The notes beneath the pieces are model-generated. The model did not search any database. It saw only the letters and a program-made list of their open reading frames with translations, and was not told where the DNA came from. A DNA stretch of 62,977 nt, filler included, from Choristocarpus tenellus KU-1152 (lineage: Eukaryota > Protista > Phaeophyceae), in assembly GCA_964200185.2 (NCBI GenBank). It is 11 parts of 11 records of this genome, joined end to end, with 100 filler letters (N's around TTAATTAATTAA, not from the genome) between each part and the next. Parts side by side here need not be neighbours in the genome. Positions count along the whole stretch, not along the records: positions 10,261 to 15,867 come from CAXNAD020010269.1; positions 15,968 to 19,991 come from CAXNAD020016616.1; positions 20,092 to 33,520 come from CAXNAD020001497.1; 8 more parts are not named here. One strand, 5' to 3'. This document shows positions 10,932-21,682 of the stretch, in pieces. The first letter of the stretch is position 1. Each line of letters opens with the position of its first letter. A program made the position numbers and the translations under genes.

Positions 10932-13900
10932 CCTGAAAAAGAAAAAGAAAAGCTCTGTCAAGACACCACAAGGTTCGGAAATACTAGCCCCATGATTGAA
11001 GTCTCCTCTCTTTTGCTGTGACTTGATTTAACCTTTTTCTGAGTATGTTTTTGGAATTCAAGATACATACAATTCAGAATATATATATATATATATATAT
11101 AAATTAGTGTAGAGTAACACGTTAATGCAGATTCTGGGAAGGAGAGTGGTGCAGCAGTTGATGTATGTTGTCGAGTAGAATGAGTGTATTGCAAGTAGGT
11201 TTAGCTATCCCTAACCCTAACCTTTATGATTCAATGCTAAAACCCTGACCCTAACATTCATACACTGTTTGTACTCTGATAAAAATGGAAAAAATTGAGA
11301 CGAATGATCCATTCTTCGAAGCGTGTTGTCAGAGAACGGGTCAAGAACATGTCTTCAGGCCCTGTTTGTGCTCATTCCAAACCCTAACCCTAACCCTGAC
11401 CTTAACCCTAATGCTAAACCCAACACACACACACACACAAGCAACAAGCAAGTGAGACATTAAGCAGTATCAGCACTGCCCTAACCCTAACCCTGACCTT
11501 AACCCTAACCCTAAACCCAACACACACACACACACAAGCAACAAGCAAGTGAGACATTAAGCAGTGTCAGCACTGCCCTAACGCTAACCCTAACCCTAAA
11601 CCCAACACACACACACACACACACACACACAAGCAACAAGCAAGTGAGACATTAATCAGTGTCAGCACTGCCCTAACCCTAAACCTGACCCTGACCCTAA
11701 CGCTAACCCTAACCCTAATCCGTAACAGCTCAAGGAGCAGCTCAATGCCCCACAAGGAGACGGTGGTCGCACCCCCCTGCTTGAAGCGGCCTTGGAGGGG
11801 TGGCTTACTCCTGAGGCCATCGCTTCAGAGGTGCCTGCCCTGAAGAGCGTGGTGAACTCTGCATGGGATTATTTTGAGCTTGAGGAGGACGGCAAGAATA
11901 CCATCTCATGTTAGTGTTAGGGTTAGGGTTAGGCTTAGGCTTAGGGATAGGGATAGGGATAGGGATAGGGCAGTGCTGATACTGATTAATGTCTTGCTTG
12001 CTTGTTGCTTGTGTGTGTGTGTGTGTGTTGGGTTTAGGGTTAGGGTTAGGGTTAGGGTTAGGGCAGTGCTGACTGACACTGCTTGGTTTCTCGCTTGTTG
12101 CTTGTGTGTGTTAGATTTAGGTTTAGGGTTAGGATTAGTGTTAGGGTATTGCTGGTACTGCTTGTTTGTATAATATTGTGTGGGTGAGGTTCCTGCTGGT
12201 TCTCCCAGGAGTAGGGAGGCGGGCAGACAAAAGGGATGGAGGAAATAGAAAGTGTGGGTATTTTTCCCCCTCAATTGCAATGTGATGGTAGAGGCCTATC
12301 CCTAAGATGACGGAAAGAGGATATTTTTTCTCCACAAATGCCAAATATCTCTACAAACACGTCAATTACCCCTAACTCTTGCGCCGATACTTTTGTTATT
12401 TTCATCTTTAGTACACCTGTATGTGTACATGCATTGGCTTTCCGACCAGCCAAATATCTATAGGAACACCTCAACTATTCCTAACCCTAACCCTAACCCC
12501 AATGCTGACATTTCTATATTTCTTTTTGTTCTTGAATGTGATTCGTAGCCACCTCTGTCTGCACAAAAAAAAAAAACCCTCAAACTATCCCTAACCCTAA
12601 TTCTAACATGCCTACTATTTGTTTTATGTACGTTTTTTTGTTTTATATATATCAGCGGACTGGGATGCTCTGGTCTGTGGGTTGAGGAATGGTGATCTTT
12701 CCGGGCTCTCTTGTCTCCTTGCCCATGGGTGTTGCCTCTGTTCGGATACACTGATGACCCTCTTAGATACCATAGGGCCTATTGAAACAGAGAGTTGTCT
12801 GCTGGGAGTGTTGACCATGGCCAGGTGGGGTGATGCATACAGGCAGAGACATTCATAGAGAGAGGCAGGGAATTGTAGTTTATTTTTTGGTGATGATATT
12901 GATAAGAATAGTGGTGATAATAATGATGATGATGATAGTGATGGTGATAAAGTTGTGATAATAATCATGATGATGATAGTGATAAGAATAGTGATGATAG
13001 TAATCATGATGGTAATGGTGGCAATAATATGCTGATAATGGTAATATTATTAAGAAGAATGGTGGTGGTAATAGTAGTGATGATGATGATAGTAGTAGTG
13101 ACAAAGGTGGTAATAATACACTGAGAATGATAATATTATTAAGAATGGTGGTGACAATAGTAATGATGGTAATAATATACTGATAAATGATTATATTAAT
13201 AAGAAAATTGGTGATAGTAGTAATGATGATGAGAGTGAAAGTATGTTAGGGTTAGGGTACGAGTTTTGCCCTCTTTGTCCGTGTGGGTCTTGACTTCCCA
13301 TGTTTTTTTTCATGACATTTACCTACTCCAAAATGTGTCGGAGTAGGTAAAATGTATACGTTATGCAAAGGTATGTCTGGAACAAGGATATTGACACTTC
13401 TTGACAAATCAAAATCGCAACATTGGATTTTGGCCCCCAAATGGACGCGGCGCTACCCTCTAAGATACTTTGGCTCATGATAATGCTGGTAATAATGTAC
13501 TGATAAATGATTATATTAATAAGAAAATTGTTGATAGTAGTATATGATGATGATGATAATGCTGGTAATAATGTACTGATAAATGATTATATTAATAAGA
13601 AAATTGTTGATAGTAGTAATGATGATGATAATGCTGGTAATAATGTACTGATGAATGATTATATTAATAATATGTACTGATAAATGATTTTATTAATAAT
13701 ATGTACTGATAAATGATTATATTAATAACATGTACTGATAGTAATAATATGCGAGAAGTGATTTTCTCCTCCAGTAAATAATAAAATAGTAGCTCAAGGG
13801 GTATATATATATATATATTGTGTAGTATATATTGTGTAGTTTGTTTATGTTTCTTGTGACTGAGAATTTTTTTCAACAAATATGGAACAATTGAAAATGG

Positions 13901-14777
13901 TTCTAGTGGTCTTTTTGAAATGCTCTACGCACAGAGTAGTTGGAAGAATTTGATTCTGCATGATCTTTTGTGTTGTTGAATATCATGTAAATTAGCATAA
14001 ATAAATTCCATATTTTTTTAGGGGGGTGGGTGGAGACATATTGAAGAATATGCCCCCTTATTTAGGCCTTATTAATGTATAGAGCAATATTTTTTTGTGG
14101 CATTATCCTTCTCTTTTCTTAGTACTGTTTTGCTGTGTTGAGTACGAATCACTAGCCCTAACCCTAATTCATGAATATGTTTCTATTTTATTAGTATAAT
14201 ATGTTTTTCTTATTAATTGTATCGTGTCTTCAAAATAATAGGAACATTATCATGGATAGTATAATATGTTTTATTATTAATTTTTTGTTTTCTCATAATA
14301 ATAAAAACATTCCTAAGGATAGTATAATACGTTTTATTATTAATTTTATAGTGTCTCCATATTGTTCTAATAAAATCATGAGGCATTTCTTTGCAAGGCC
14401 CTTCTGCTCGAGATTGTTACAGTCAAACCTATTCCAGAAAATTCCTGATTTCTGCTAAGAAAAAAGGAATCAGTGGAGCAGTTCGTTATTACACATATAC
14501 TGTATATATATACAGATCTGTGTTTTTTATTTCAGTAGCAAAAAATATAAAAATAATGATGATTCAAGGTACAAAATGTACTTTCATTGCTGCTTGTATC
14601 CTGTTCGTTTGCTTGCCTGCTTGCCTGTGTAGGAATCCTTTTGTACCAGGGCTTAACCTCCTCTGGTCTCTGTATCACATCCTGGAGGGGCAGGAGTGTG
14701 CCCACACAAGTGCCACCGGACCTTGTTTGCGAGACCTCAAACAAATCAGGACTGGAATTGAAATGCTCCTTCTAGAG
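10932..14777 (+). CDS. Partial multi-exon gene, ankyrin-repeat-containing protein (possibly TRP-channel-like)
   Basis: Phase-consistent AG/GT exons 10932-10972, 11131-11162, 11729-11909, 12656-12824, 14633-14777 give LKKKKKSSVKTPQDSGKESGAAVDLKEQLNAPQGDGGRTPLLEAALEGW...NPFVPGLNLLWSL...; GRTPLLEAA is an ankyrin-type motif; TRP assignment is tentative. Confidence 0.7.
11381..11720 (+). repeat. Composite (CCCTAA)n-(CA)n-AGCAACAAGCAAGTGAGACATTAAGCAGT tandem repeat, ~100-bp unit, ~3.5 copies
   Basis: Directly visible; inverted copies at 11910-12170. Confidence 0.85.
11910..12170 (-). repeat. Inverted copies of the composite telomeric/(TG)n repeat
   Basis: (TTAGGG)n-GCAGTGCTGA-...-GCTTGTTGCTTG-(TG)n, the reverse complement of 11381-11720. 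Confidence 0.85.
12885..13745. repeat. GAT/TAA low-complexity region with ~63-bp higher-order units
   Basis: Recurrent TAATAATGTACTGATAAATGATTATATTAATAAG units. Confidence 0.75.
13233..13476 (-). mobile_element. MITE A copy
   Basis: TIRs present, 4-bp TSD ATGA; TTAGAGGG in one TIR replaced by TTAGGGTTAGGG; internal deletion. Confidence 0.88.
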
Positions 14778-15048
14778 GTATGTTCTGAGGGGGAGGGGTT
14801 AAGATGATAATTGTGTAGGTATATATATGTAAGGCATAAGAAAGCCACAGCCCGTAAGGACAGATATTTTGAACCTGGCAATAAACACAATAATAATAAT
14901 AATGTGTTGGTTAAGCTAAGCGCCTTCAATAGTGTGGGAAACTCCCCTCTTTTTTTTCATATTTTTTTTTGTCTGTTGTTGAAGTCAGGCGCGTGTAGAA
15001 ATAATGTGTGTGCGTGCGTAAAATGCATGTTTTCTCGTGCGTCTGGAT

Positions 15049-15247
15049 GTAATTGTGTAATGTAATTATGTATTGTAATTATTTAATGTAATTATGTATT
15101 GTAATTATTTAATGTAATTATTTAATGTAATTATGTAATGTAATTATGTATTGTAATTATGTATTGTAATTATTTAATGTAATTATGTAATGTAATTATG
15201 TAATGTAATTATGTATTGTAATTATGTAATGTAATTATGTAATTATG
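15049..15247. repeat. (TGTAATTATGTA[A/T])n satellite
   Basis: Tandem ~13-bp units. Confidence 0.85.
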
Positions 15248-15258
15248 TGTAGCATGAG

Positions 15259-15527
15259 GAGTGAAAGTATCTTAGAGGGTTCGAGGTTTGTCCTGTTTGT
15301 CTGTTTGGGGCTTGACTTCCCACGTTTTTTTTAAAATGGCATTTTACCTTCTCCGGAATGTTTCGGAGTTGGTAAAATGTATGCGTTATGAGAAGGTGTG
15401 TCCGGAACAAGGGTGTTGACACCCTTCCTAACAAACACGATGTCGTAGCCAAGATTACGTCAAAATGGCAACATTGGATTTTGGCCCCCAAATGGACACG
15501 GCCCCAACTTCTGAGGTGCTTTGACTC
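15259..15527 (-). mobile_element. MITE A copy
   Basis: TIRs, 4-bp TSD TGAG. Confidence 0.88.
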
Positions 15528-15763
15528 TGAGAGCAAAGTGCGCTCTGTGAGTTGGGTAGTATAGGTGTACAGTACTGTGAACAAAAATAGTAGTATTGTG
15601 TTAGTAATAACGCAATACATTTTATTTTATTTTATTTCGTGGATTTTTTTTTAAGGGTTAGGGTGCTACTGTGGAGGAGTGATTTTCCAAGTGTAATGAA
15701 GAGTAATGAAGGGTGATGGACTCTGGACTTTGAGGGTTAGGGTTACTTCGTACCTTCCCATCG

Positions 15764-15802
<39 letters not shown>

Positions 15803-15967
15803 TTGTTGTGGGGGGGTGTGGGTCGTCTTACGGGGCGGTCCGGGTGTGTGGTGAGGATCGATTTTGTNNNNNNNNNNNNNNNNNNNNNNNNNNNNNNNNN
15901 NNNNNNNNNNNTTAATTAATTAANNNNNNNNNNNNNNNNNNNNNNNNNNNNNNNNNNNNNNNNNNNN

Positions 15968-17948
15968 AACGGGGATCGGCATGGTCCTCACTGGTTATGA
16001 TGGGGAGAATCACACTGTGGTCATTACCGTTGAGCATCCAGAGGACCTTCAACCCAAGTGCCCGAAGGATCAGGCTCCATGCATTGCGGACGGGGCTCTA
16101 TCTGTGATCGTTGATGGTGACAAGGCTGGACTAGTTAAGGTGCGTTTCTTAACTTCTGTCTTCATTGGATTTGTAGTTGTGTTTGAGGTGTCAACTTCAA
16201 ATCGTTTTAAGACACTTCTCAAGTTCTGTTTATTCATGACAAGAGTGAAAGTATCTTAGAGGGTACGAGTTTTTCCCTGTCTGTCCATTTGGGACTTGGC
16301 TTCCCATGTTTTTTTTAATGAAATTTTCCTACTCCAACATGTTCGGAGGAGGTAAGATGTATATCTTATGAAAAGGTGTGTTCACAACAAGGATATTGTC
16401 ACTTCCTAACAAACACATTAGCCAAAATTACATCAATATCGCAACATTGGATACAAACCCCCAAATGGACGCGGCCCTACCCTCTAAGATACTTTGACTC
16501 ACAAAGGAATCAATCTAGGTGTAGTTGAAAAGGTATTGAGAGGCAGTACTTGAGGCTGGATACATTCATTGGGCTGGTGACCAAGTGAGTATACTAAGTA
16601 TCCAAAGGCAGAGGTGTGCATTCCTCTTGCTTTGATGTCCCACCATGACATTTTATCAGCTCTAATGAACATCTACTGAGTTTCACCGTTGCTAGACGTT
16701 TTGTGCTACCTCACCATAGGTATCTCTTGGTGGTGGTGTTAGCGTCACTGCTGTCAACCTTCCTGGAGAGTGCCGGCCCTTTGGGTTTGAACAGTACTGG
16801 CTGGAGAAAACGAAACTGTCTGAACAAATTGGTGTAGATCAATCTCGACGCCTTGTCTCTGATGTGCCGATGGAGGATTGGATCCTAAACGAAACCAAAC
16901 AAACAAACCCTGTTGAATGTGAGGAATGCGTTATCAGAGCAGCAGCAGACGGCACCCTATTTGACTTGCAATCTGAGCACACCTCATTCCAGATAACATC
17001 ACCTGAGTTGTCCCTACGTATCAACCATGAGAAGATCCACCAAGTGGCAATGCGAGACCCAACTGACAAGTTCGATCTTCCTGATCACATAGCTTATCAG
17101 ATGAACATCATTGTTGAGGAGATCAGCCTTAGATCACGATCCTCGGGTATGCACTCTGGGGAAGAGAGTTGTTTGATTTAGTAAGGAAGGACTTTCTTAA
17201 ATGTTTGGCCCGAATAGAAAATGTATTGTAGGGGTTAGTTGAAAATGATTTGATTCGCATTTCTCGCATATGCAGTATTAATGTTGGTTAGTACAGGTAG
17301 CAAATTTGACGTGTGATTTCATTGCAATGTACCTCTTGACCACTAGACTTCAACGTCTCGAAATAGTCGGCGTAGAGATCAGATGAAAGGGGGACATGTT
17401 TTGCATTCTAACAAATTCTTTCGCTTTAGGCATTTTTCAATAATAATGGTGATACTTTGTTGCATATGAGTCACATTAGAGCCAAAGTACCTTAGAGGGT
17501 AGAGCCGCGTCCATTTGGGGGTCAAAATCCGATGATGCGATTTCGATGTAATTATGACTATCGTGCTTGTTAGGAAGTGTCAGTATCCTTGTTCCGGACA
17601 CACTTTTTCATAAGGTATACATTTTACCTACTCCGAATTTTTTTTTGGAGTGGGAAAATGTCATAAAAACCCCGAGGGAAGTCAAGCCCCAAATGAACAA
17701 ACAGGGCAAAACTCGTACCCTCTAAGATACTTTCACTCAATTGAAAGTATAAACTTAACGGTACAATTAATAATTTGGTGCTGTAATGCAAATGTTGAAC
17801 TGTGCAGGGTATTTTGGGTGAAACTGTTCATCCAACTGTGAACAAGATGGGAGAGTTTATCATGAGAGGACCTGGCGCTATTCGTGGGGAGGAAGAAGAC
17901 TATGTAGTGGCAGGCCCTCTTGCAATGGGCTTTATCCTTCACGTGTGA
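15968..17948 (+). CDS. 3' part of a brown-algal VWD/root-cap-like domain protein; apparent +1 frameshift near 17131
   Basis: Exons <15968-16139, 16720-17146, 17808-17948 (stop): CPKDQAPCIADGALSV...AVNLPGECRPFGFEQYW...QSEHTSFQI...AMRDPTDKFDLPDH...GILGETVHPT...AIRGEEEDYVV; resembles a domain I recall from the C-termini of Ectocarpus secreted beta-helix proteins. Confidence 0.8.
16243..16500 (-). mobile_element. MITE A copy (intronic)
   Basis: TIRs, 4-bp TSD ACAA. Confidence 0.9.
17479..17738 (+). mobile_element. MITE A copy (intronic)
   Basis: TIRs GAGCCAAAGTAC.../...GATACTTTCACTC; TSD not clean. Confidence 0.9.
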
Positions 17949-18749
17949 ATGATATAATCGCCAGCAATTGCTTTGTGCAACTACATGCGTGGTGTGTAAG
18001 GAGTGAATTAAGTAGTGACGAGTTGAGCTCGTATTGATTCGAGTGAGTACTATACTAATAAGTCACATGCCCTAAAATTGTTTTCAGTTTTGGAGTTCGA
18101 AATAGTCAGAGTAAAGGTAATAATTGCTTTTTTTCTGGGTATTATTCAGTGTCAATGTTTGCAGGAGGTATTATTATCTTTGCATTAGAAATCAAGGGGG
18201 TAAGCTCCACTCCTCTATCATCCAACTCAACTGTTAGCACCCAAGAAGGTGGGTAGGTGGAAGAGATTACCTTGACCCTGGCCTTCAAGAATATATGTTA
18301 ACTTCGAAACTGACTTTGACATTTCCTGTGGTGTAATATACCCATATCCATCCATGAACATTGTTGGTAACTAAGTTCTGTCCCATAATTTTGTCACTGA
18401 TGTCGATAGTTACTATTTGACATATCTGGAGTATTTCTTAATTCCTACCGTTTTAAGAAATATTCTCCAACTGCCACTGGAGCTCAAGTATTCCGACCTC
18501 AAAAGAAGTACATGAGGTCAAAAGCGTGGACTGGACACCTCTCACAATGAAGCGTCCCAGGGGCTGTACCGAAAGACTAGGGTTGGTTGAGACTTATGAC
18601 TAGAAGGAGTTAGACAGGAAATGAGGGTCCTGAGAGGGTCTGAGTTGAGTGTTGGGTGTGCCTGTTTCGGTTGTGAAGGTCAGTATGTCTTGTTCTCACT
18701 TTGATTGCTCTACCTAAATGAGGCAGATCGGGCTCCTGCATATTGGGTA

Positions 18750-18824
18750 GAGTGAAATTATCTTAGATGGTGCGAGTTTCAGTCTGTTTGTCCGTTTGGG
18801 GCTTGCCTTCATGTTTTTCATTTT
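18750..18824 (-). mobile_element. MITE A terminal fragment
   Basis: GAGTGAAATTATCTTAGATGG...GTCCGTTTGGGGCTTG. Confidence 0.7.
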
Positions 18825-18829
18825 GGGTA

Positions 18830-19900
18830 GTAAAACCGGACCGAAAAGCGGTTTCGCGTCCTCCCAACGGTTCGTTTGATATGATTGTTGCGCCCCTAAT
18901 TTGCGAATCTTGCTTTCATGACACGTATTGGTGACATCCTGTGCAGATTATATGTGTATATATATATGATATGTGAACCGACAGAAAATGGTGTCGGATC
19001 CTTCAAACGGTCTTGTACCTGCCACATTGAGTCAATCTGTAGATGTTGCTCCTCAAATTCTTGTTGGTATATCTTGTGTAGATTCGGCTGGTGAAAGAAC
19101 GAGAAAATACTACTATCGTTCCAATGACTACCTATATTTAAAATAAGAGCTGACATGGATAGCTAAGAAAGGAAAGCATGCCACCTATGCGCGTTTCAAA
19201 TTGGGAGCAAAATAGCAATACACAAAAACAATAGACTGAAAGGTGTTCTAGTTCCACAGGATTGTCTCCATCTTAAGGTAATAGTGCACACGTGAGTCAG
19301 ACCAAATGCATGAGTGGGTTAGCCCTCCCTCCTTTTCATGGAAGCAGTTCTTAAAGAGTGAGGGGTTCATAAATGCCTTTCCTGGTGTACTGAACCTGTG
19401 CAAGTTGGTGCTCAAGTCACCTGTTGATACATCTTGTGCTGATCTGATAGGTCAAACAAAATGTGATTTTTGACAACTCCGATGGTTTCTTACCTGCCAC
19501 TACTGCATTGTCTCTGACTGCGATTGTTGCTGCTCTAGTTACTTGTTGGTATCTTGTCCAGATTGCTCTGCGAAACCGGATAGAAACGGTTGTAGACTGT
19601 TCCAACAGTTCGACAACTATATACACCACATCTATATGTACTCTTAATTACAAACATTCCTGCTCAAGTCACCTGGTGGTGTTGATCTTTTGTGCAGATG
19701 TGAGTTGTAAAACGAAGAGAATGGTTTGGGATCCTTCCAATGACTTTGCAACTACCACGGTACGCATAGCTATATGCTTACCGAGCAGCGTATTGATATC
19801 TTGTGCAAATGAAATGGTGAAAAGTATAGAAAATGATTTCGGATCCTTCCAACGGATTTGTGTCATCGTGTGCGTGAATGTCGTTGCTATTGGTATTTTG
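18830..19900. repeat. Ancient degenerate ~110-140 bp tandem repeat
   Basis: Recurrent GATCCTTCCAA(C/T)G and ATCTTGTGCAGAT motifs at ~18860, 19000, 19120, 19600, 19735, 19845. Confidence 0.55.
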
Positions 19901-20091
19901 TGTGGGGATTTCACAGACAGGTGCATTCTAAGGATGGCGACAAAGATTTGCAAACTGCGGCTTTTTTTACTTATGCTTACATGACATTTTCNNNNNNNNN
20001 NNNNNNNNNNNNNNNNNNNNNNNNNNNNNNNNNNNTTAATTAATTAANNNNNNNNNNNNNNNNNNNNNNNNNNNNNNNNNNNNNNNNNNNN

Positions 20092-20262
20092 GAAACCAAT
20101 GAAAACTATATATACATACGTGTATATAAAATGTCCTAAACATAAGAGTAATATAAGACAATGCGTGGAAACCACTAATCAGTTACTTCAGCATACCATA
20201 TATATATAGTTTTCATTGGTTTCCCCCTGACACATCTGCAAAATGTCAGAGGGCAATATAAT
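20092..20262. mobile_element. Repeat family D (foldback/MITE-like with terminal hairpin)
   Basis: Perfect 23-bp inverted repeat 20092-20114/20201-20223, then hairpin CCCTGACA...TGTCAGAGGG; homologs at 49712-49800 (reverse) and 59730-59815. Confidence 0.65.
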
Positions 20263-20379
20263 AATAAATAAAATACCATAAGAAATCTATATGTTAGATA
20301 TTTATGTACTTTACTAGTTTGTATTTACTACTAGAACACACACCACTTGAGAAAATGTATTTTTCTCTACAATAATAGT

Positions 20380-21480
20380 ATTATAGAAAAGAGATACTTA
20401 GATGGATATGAACCCATTGTTTTGTGGACATTTGAGGAGTGTGAACATGATTTGGGGTTCAGGTTTTTCAGGTTTTGAGTTTGGTTTAGTAGGTTGTACA
20501 GTGTATATAAGAAAATATAGTAGAGTTTCATTACAACATCCAAAAATATAGACTTGTACTCGGAATGTTGTCCAAATATATATTTGTGACGATTTCGGGG
20601 AGATCTATCTTGGCAGGGAAAGGACAACATAAAGGACAATTTTCGTATACAAGAGTTGTCATTTCCAAAATACTTCTCTTGAAATTTGTGCTACCGAAAA
20701 CTGTAGAACAATATCCCTTCGGACATTGTTTCCTATGAAAAAATGTTCGTACATTATGCATCCAATCTAACCGTCTGAACGTCGGAAGGATCATATTGTT
20801 TTCTGTCCACACCTCACCATTTCTAGGTAAAAAATGTAGGACCGTCCTAGAAAGAGGTACCTGTACAGTTACATATGCTGTGTGTCTTAAACAAGTCCTA
20901 ACAGTCTCTTTCCTGGTGTTGTAACTCTCAGCCCCTTAACCCAGTACCGCAGAGTGACCAACTCCTGCTTGCTTACACAGGCTCTACATTTTTTCCATAA
21001 CGAAGTTGTTGAGATTTCCGGCATTTCGATGGATATAAAATCCAAATTATAATAGAATGAAAATCTAAATTTTAACCTCCCCATTCCTTTCATAGGATTG
21101 GCAAAGAACAAAGACATACGTGTACAATACAAATAACTGTGTACTTAATATGCTGCCCAACAGTCCCTCCACATTCGTTGGACAGTTATTTTGACCGGAC
21201 CTCAAATTATAATATTGAGATCTTCAAGTTGAACCTGAAAAGTATTTTGGTGGAGGAGATGTACCCCTTGGGACACACAACTGTTATCGGTAGTACCACT
21301 ATTGTAGTTCCAAAACCGAAAATGATGAGCATCACTCGTGGATCATATACTTTTGTGGTGTCTTGGTGTTCTTCTGACAGCTAGAAGCATATCCATCTAC
21401 ACAAAGACATAAATCATTATAGATTTTCGTTGGACAGGTACGTCGACTCTTCAGCACCGCATGGGTGTGTGAACCAAGCC
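20380..21480 (-). mobile_element. Penelope-like retroelement relic 2 (RT C-terminal half plus GIY-YIG-like region)
   Basis: Decayed motifs FSVLELQ*WYYR*QLCVPRG (FxFNGxxYxQxxGVPMG), YERNGEVK, KRLLGLV, and KIVLYVVLS...QIYIWTTFR (GIY-YIG-like VVY...YIGxTxR). Confidence 0.55.
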
Positions 21481-21682
21481 TTTGATCTGGTTGTTTAGAA
21501 GAGGCCCCCTTAATTCTAATAGATCACGGTCGTCGAAACATGTTTTAAAAGGGTTTGAACTTTGTGTCAAAGCTTCAATCTCGATCTGTACTCCGCAGTC
21601 TCATCTCAAAGTGCCGACAAGACTGATGAAGGACCTATTGGGATCCTGATTTGTATCGTTATCATTTTCTCTACTGGACCAG

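Noticed and set aside
11381-12170. True telomere or chromosome-fusion site
   Set aside because: The tracts are short, degenerate and intronic in a gene with phase-consistent exons on both sides.
12735-12792. Hammerhead-ribozyme-like CTGATGA...GAAAC with a possible stem III
   Set aside because: Stems I and II do not close next to the core, and the region is a phase-consistent coding exon.
11567-13104. ORFs with RVRVRV, LGLGLG, CVCVCV or poly-I/H tracts
   Set aside because: Translations of telomeric, (TG)n and (GAT)n simple repeats.
21620-21655. CTGATGA followed by an AGGA/TCCT stem near PLE relic 2
   Set aside because: GAAA is replaced by GATT and the motif is antisense to the PLE.
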